64,000 nucleotides of DNA from the IMG/VR virus record IMGVR_UViG_3300035703_000016, positions 64,001-128,000 of that record; one strand, given 5' to 3'. Of this stretch, positions 60,181 to 64,000 are shown in pieces (position 1 is the stretch's first letter; the number at the start of each line of letters is the position of its first letter). The stretch comes from a virus. Under the pieces are notes generated by a model. The model had not been told where the DNA came from and did no database searches. It was given only the letters and a program-made list of their open reading frames with translations. The translations under genes were made by a program, and so were the position numbers.

Positions 60181-61776
60181 ATGGGTCGTTGCCTAAATAC
60201 TCTTAAAGGATCAGACGTTACTATTACACCTATAAAACTGAAGTATTCTAATCAAATAGAAAGTTCGTCTTTAAGTTCAAATAATATAACATTAACAGTG
60301 GCAAGTAATCAAAATTTTGATTACAATAATCCAAGTTATGACGATAATTTTCTTTTATATAGATCTATTCAAGGACTATATTATATGAATTTTATTTCAG
60401 GATCTTTAATAGGCTCTGCAAGTGCGTATCAGTGGAATCCTCAATCAACAGCGGCAAGTGGTACATTTGACGACGATTATAGATATTTTCCTACAGAATC
60501 AGGTTCAAAAATTTTAGTTATTTCTATTCCAAGAGCTAAATATGGAGAAAATATCGCAAGATCATCATTTAGTATATCTTCTTCTGGGTATAACATAGTC
60601 GATGACGGAAATGGAAACTTAGTTGATTTAAATTCTGGAAGTATTCATGTAGGAAATTTACTTTATAATCAAGGAATAGGAATAATAACAAATTCAGAGT
60701 ACATCTACTCTTTAGTTCCTATTCCAGTATGCGATGTTCCTATTATCATTGATCCAATACCCGTAGGATCAAATATTGCTACTCCTAGATGGGAAGTACC
60801 AAATCCGCCAACTATTTATCAATATGCATTATATACTTCTAGTATTAGTCCAATAGGATCAGGAACGGAAATTACTTCTATTTTAAACACTGGGTCTATA
60901 AATTTTACTGGACTATCTTCTAGTACAGAATACTATTTTTATCTAAGAACTAAATGTAGTTCTACTAGTTTTAGTAATTGGGTATCAAAGTCATTTACTA
61001 CTAGAGTTGGACTAGTTCCTCTTAGAGATGGACTGATCATGGAATTAGAATCATTTACTGGATCTATTTCATCAAGTGGATATATTACTCAATGGGACGA
61101 TATGTCTGGATTTGGAAATAATGTATATAGAGATTCATCTCAATACCAGCCGGTATATGTATCTTCTTATTTTAACAATCAACCTGGAATATTTTTTAGT
61201 GCATCTGGAGCGCCAAATCTGACAGGGTCTGTTCTTAGGACTAGTGGAAATCTTATAGGATTAAGCGGAAGTACAGGAGTAACAGCTTTTATAGTTTCTA
61301 GACCGTCTAGTAGTCTCACAAGCGGACCAGTAATTGAATACGCTAAATTAGGAACATCAACAGATTCTTATTTAAATAGCACAGGTAGTTTTCAATATTA
61401 TCAAGTATTTACTGGAGGAGGTATTGTAACAGCTGGAGCAGAAACACGAGGGAACGTTGGTATATCTGGAGTTGAAGATTCTACAGTTAGAACTCAATCT
61501 CAATTTTATATAGAATCAGTTATCATAGACTACACACTATCTAGTAAAGAGGTAACAGTTTATACAAATAATTCTACTGGAAGTTTAACTTGGTCTGAAG
61601 CAAATAATTCTGGATCATTTGAATCTTATCCTCTTGCTATAAGTTCTGGAGTTAATAATGGAAGATGGCAAGGTTGGCAAGGTTATATAGGAGCTGTTTT
61701 ATTGTATAATAGAGCATTAAATGAATCAGAAAGAACACAAGTTTATAACTATTTATCATCATCATATTTACAATAA
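60181..61776 (+). CDS. virion protein with FN3-like and LamG/concanavalin-like domains (receptor-binding candidate)
   Basis: FTGLSSSTEYYFYLRTKC (FN3); ITQWDDMSGFGN ... GYIGAVLLYNRAL...E..QVYNYL (LamG). Confidence 0.7.
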   Translation: MGRCLNTLKGSDVTITPIKLKYSNQIESSSLSSNNITLTVASNQNFDYNNPSYDDNFLLYRSIQGLYYMNFISGSLIGSASAYQWNPQSTAASGTFDDDYRYFPTESGSKILVISIPRAKYGENIARSSFSISSSGYNIVDDGNGNLVDLNSGSIHVGNLLYNQGIGIITNSEYIYSLVPIPVCDVPIIIDPIPVGSNIATPRWEVPNPPTIYQYALYTSSISPIGSGTEITSILNTGSINFTGLSSSTEYYFYLRTKCSSTSFSNWVSKSFTTRVGLVPLRDGLIMELESFTGSISSSGYITQWDDMSGFGNNVYRDSSQYQPVYVSSYFNNQPGIFFSASGAPNLTGSVLRTSGNLIGLSGSTGVTAFIVSRPSSSLTSGPVIEYAKLGTSTDSYLNSTGSFQYYQVFTGGGIVTAGAETRGNVGISGVEDSTVRTQSQFYIESVIIDYTLSSKEVTVYTNNSTGSLTWSEANNSGSFESYPLAISSGVNNGRWQGWQGYIGAVLLYNRALNESERTQVYNYLSSSYLQ

Positions 61777-61779
61777 ACT

Positions 61780-62088
61780 ATGCCTTCATATTCGCCATTT
61801 TCAATGTCATTCCAATCTGAAACAACGATTTATCAGAACGAGATAAGATGTCATGTAAATGAAAATGATTTTAATTATACAATAAACCCGTCAGCTATAA
61901 AATCAGGTTCTGGAATATTACCTGGAACTTTAAATGATAATGTATCAGGATCAGATTTTACTCCTTTTGCTACTTCAATAGGATTATATAATTCTCAAGG
62001 GGATCTTTTAGTAGTAGGAAAATTTGGAACTCCATATCCTATACCATCACACATAGACATAACCTTTGTTGTAAAATACGACACATAA
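61780..62088 (+). CDS. virion structural protein, paralogue of the C-terminal domain of 59107..60165
   Basis: NENDFNY..NPS...TSIGLYN..GDLLVVGK. Confidence 0.6.
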   Translation: MPSYSPFSMSFQSETTIYQNEIRCHVNENDFNYTINPSAIKSGSGILPGTLNDNVSGSDFTPFATSIGLYNSQGDLLVVGKFGTPYPIPSHIDITFVVKYDT

Positions 62089-62094
62089 TATAAA

Positions 62095-62541
62095 ATGAAT
62101 TGGACTTTAAATGGACAAGAAATAACAGAAATATCTCAATTTGGAGATAAAGCTGTAGGATTTATATATAAAATAACGAATACTAAAACTGGTAAATTTT
62201 ATATAGGGAAAAAAATACTAGAAAGTAGAACTAAAAAAACTCTTACAAAAAAAGAACAATCAGAATGGAGTAAACCTGGAAGAATTCCTAAGAAAAAAGT
62301 CATAATAAAAGAAAGTACTTGGTCTACATATTGGGGAAGTTGTAAACCTCTTTTAGAAGAATTAAAAATTAATAAATCTGACTTTAAAAGAGAAATTATA
62401 AAAATATGTTTTACAAAACGAGAACTTTCATATTATGAAGTTTATTATCAATTTGAATATAAAGTACTTCATGTAGATAGCTTCAATGAAAATGTTTTGG
62501 GCAAATTTTATAGAAGAGACGCTCAAGGCGCGAATTCTTAG
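62095..62541 (+). CDS. GIY-YIG nuclease
   Basis: GFIYKITN..TGKFYIGKK, YWGS, FKREII and YYE...Q...N motifs. Confidence 0.85.
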   Translation: MNWTLNGQEITEISQFGDKAVGFIYKITNTKTGKFYIGKKILESRTKKTLTKKEQSEWSKPGRIPKKKVIIKESTWSTYWGSCKPLLEELKINKSDFKREIIKICFTKRELSYYEVYYQFEYKVLHVDSFNENVLGKFYRRDAQGANS

Positions 62542-62599
62542 CTATTAGATCGCTCAGAATCGTTTAATATATAAATATCGATAAGAAATGTAGAAACAT

Positions 62600-62623
62600 A
62601 AAAAAGAGCCCAAAAAGAGCTCT
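62600..62623 (-). terminator. intrinsic terminator for the minus-strand genes
   Basis: AGAGC/GCTCT stem followed by a T tract on the minus strand. Confidence 0.6.
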
Positions 62624-62651
62624 AATTTAATATTATGAAATTATTTATTTA

Positions 62652-63287
62652 TTAAAAATCTTCATCATCATCAGTTCCGTAAAGAAGATCGCGAATATCT
62701 TTTTCAGGATTTAGACCTTTTACAGCTTTTGCTCCCTTTTTAGCCTGTTTCATAGCCATTGCTGCTATTTTTTCATCTTCATCTGGTTCTGGTTCATCAA
62801 CTGGAGTACTCATTACAACTCCTGAAATTTTTGTTTTTATTTCGTCTGGTACCATTGCCCAGCCCATATAAGCGTAATCAGCTAATCCCTCTTCTGTATC
62901 ATCTACTGAGTCTAGTATAGATTCTTTGTCTTCTATTGGAATAAGATCCCATTTTTGATGAATAGGCATTGAAGGTACTTTAGCCGATGGTCTTGCTTCA
63001 CCTAATTCATTTTCTTCTGGATATGAATTATAATAGTTATCCAAATCCTCTTTATCATTCATACCAGCTGCAAAATCATCATCTGTAAATTCATCATCTG
63101 TAAATTCTTCGCTTAAATGTCCCACTGGCTGAAGATCTATCAAACCCATAAGACCTTCATTCAAACCAGTCTTTGACTTAGGTTTTGAAGACTTTAATAT
63201 TGTTTTTTCTACGCCATTCGGACCTGCGTAAGGACCTTGTTTTTGCTCACGCATCCATCCTTGTAAATCAAAATTATCTGCTGCCAT
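62652..63287 (-). CDS. acidic hypothetical protein (MAADNFDL..W.RE N-terminus)
   Basis: ATG 63287 lies downstream of the motif at 63305-63313; LNE, LSE and LGE sites. Confidence 0.55.
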   Translation of the reverse strand: MAADNFDLQGWMREQKQGPYAGPNGVEKTILKSSKPKSKTGLNEGLMGLIDLQPVGHLSEEFTDDEFTDDDFAAGMNDKEDLDNYYNSYPEENELGEARPSAKVPSMPIHQKWDLIPIEDKESILDSVDDTEEGLADYAYMGWAMVPDEIKTKISGVVMSTPVDEPEPDEDEKIAAMAMKQAKKGAKAVKGLNPEKDIRDLLYGTDDDEDF

Positions 63288-63322
63288 TTTTGCTATCGTT
63301 TTGTTATAAATATACAAAATAA

Positions 63323-63568
63323 TTATTGAATTTGTAAAAGTTGTTCGTGATTTACCATTTCAAATTCAATTTCTTCTATTTTTTTACAAAAGAAAATTCT
63401 AGAATCATTTTTTAGAATAATATCATGATCTATTGATTCTCTATGTGAAGTGAATAAAGACTCATCATGATTATCAGATTCATCTAGAAAATAAGTAGAA
63501 GGAAAGCTATCTACTACTTCGTATAAATCTTCATTTTGACGTAACAATTGTTTGTGATAAGAAAGCAT
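63323..63568 (-). CDS. hypothetical protein
   Basis: ORF track. Confidence 0.5.
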   Translation of the reverse strand: MLSYHKQLLRQNEDLYEVVDSFPSTYFLDESDNHDESLFTSHRESIDHDIILKNDSRIFFCKKIEEIEFEMVNHEQLLQIQ

Positions 63569-63580
63569 AAACTATATTAT

Positions 63581-64000
63581 TTAAGAAAAATTTGGATTAT
63601 TAATTATAACATCATAATTTAAAAAACCATTAAAATCCAGTTCGTCAGCTAAAATCCGTCTTTCCACTGAATCAGCATCTGATCTAAGAGACAATCTATT
63701 TCTTCTTATATCTTCTGGAATATCAAAATATACAACGAAAGAATCTCTTCTATCAGCATATTTCATTTTAGATAATCCAGAAGGAGTCATAATAAAGACA
63801 ACATTCTCTCTTTCCATTTGATATTTAGAAGTTCCATAATACCAAGAATTAAAAACAGTCCATTCGTAAAAGAAATCTTGAGAAATTAAATTTTCAAAAT
63901 CAGATTGAGATAGAAAATTATAATCCATACCATCAATTTCTCCAATTCTAATCGGTCTAGTCGTATAAGCTACTTGATATGGATATTCAAATTTCTCTAA
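63581..64000 (-). CDS. gmk: guanylate kinase-like protein (5' partial)
   Basis: Frame open to the window edge: ...AYTTRPIRIGEIDGMDYNFLS...WYYGT, the guanylate kinase signature. Confidence 0.85.
   Translation of the reverse strand, partial: LEKFEYPYQVAYTTRPIRIGEIDGMDYNFLSQSDFENLISQDFFYEWTVFNSWYYGTSKYQMERENVVFIMTPSGLSKMKYADRRDSFVVYFDIPEDIRRNRLSLRSDADSVERRILADELDFNGFLNYDVIINNPNFS

Noticed and set aside
63075-63110. 15-bp tandem repeat (TCATCATCTGTAAAT)
   Set aside because: Only about two copies encoding EFTDD in a low-complexity acidic region; ordinary slippage
1-64000. Stop-codon reassignment, as in some large or Bacteroidota phages
   Set aside because: Core genes are full-length in the standard code, and TAA, TAG and TGA all end genes at sensible boundaries
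1-64000. tRNA, rRNA or CRISPR arrays
   Set aside because: Intergenic gaps are short; I saw no cloverleaf or regularly spaced direct repeats by eye (tRNAscan and CRISPR finders were not run)

Overview
This AT-rich 64-kb window is part of a large T4-like (contractile-tailed) phage genome read in the standard genetic code. The host is most likely a Bacteroidota bacterium: the phage carries a T9SS type-B cargo gene, and start codons have A-rich upstream regions without Shine-Dalgarno sequences. The minus strand (1-42.9 kb), read in transcription order, holds a primase, a fused SbcD-SbcC gene, an accessory island at 26.6-38.6 kb, the large terminase, the portal (HNH intein), core genes, the prohead protease (LAGLIDADG intein), scaffold, major capsid protein, a homing endonuclease, PhoH, neck genes, fibre genes, sheath, tube and tail-assembly genes. 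The plus strand (43.1-62.5 kb) holds a glutaredoxin, an HD protein, a late sigma factor, baseplate and fibre-attachment genes and a GIY-YIG nuclease. The window ends in a partial guanylate kinase on the minus strand. The most interesting signals are: (1) a shared N-terminal tag, M-I-K-L-x-x-I/L...(L/I)-x-E, on otherwise unrelated proteins, plus a three-enzyme protein with similar linkers, suggesting a capsid-targeting, protease-release cargo system; (2) a [S/T]-G-S tripeptide concentrated in outward-facing virion protein regions, a candidate sequon for virion modification such as glycosylation; (3) a phage-encoded T9SS-secreted adhesin-like protein; (4) a late-promoter-like motif, ATATTTATA, that is the reverse complement of the T4 late promoter; (5) a candidate +1/-2 frameshift in the tail-assembly gene pair. 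All functional calls come from manual motif recognition; no database searches were run.
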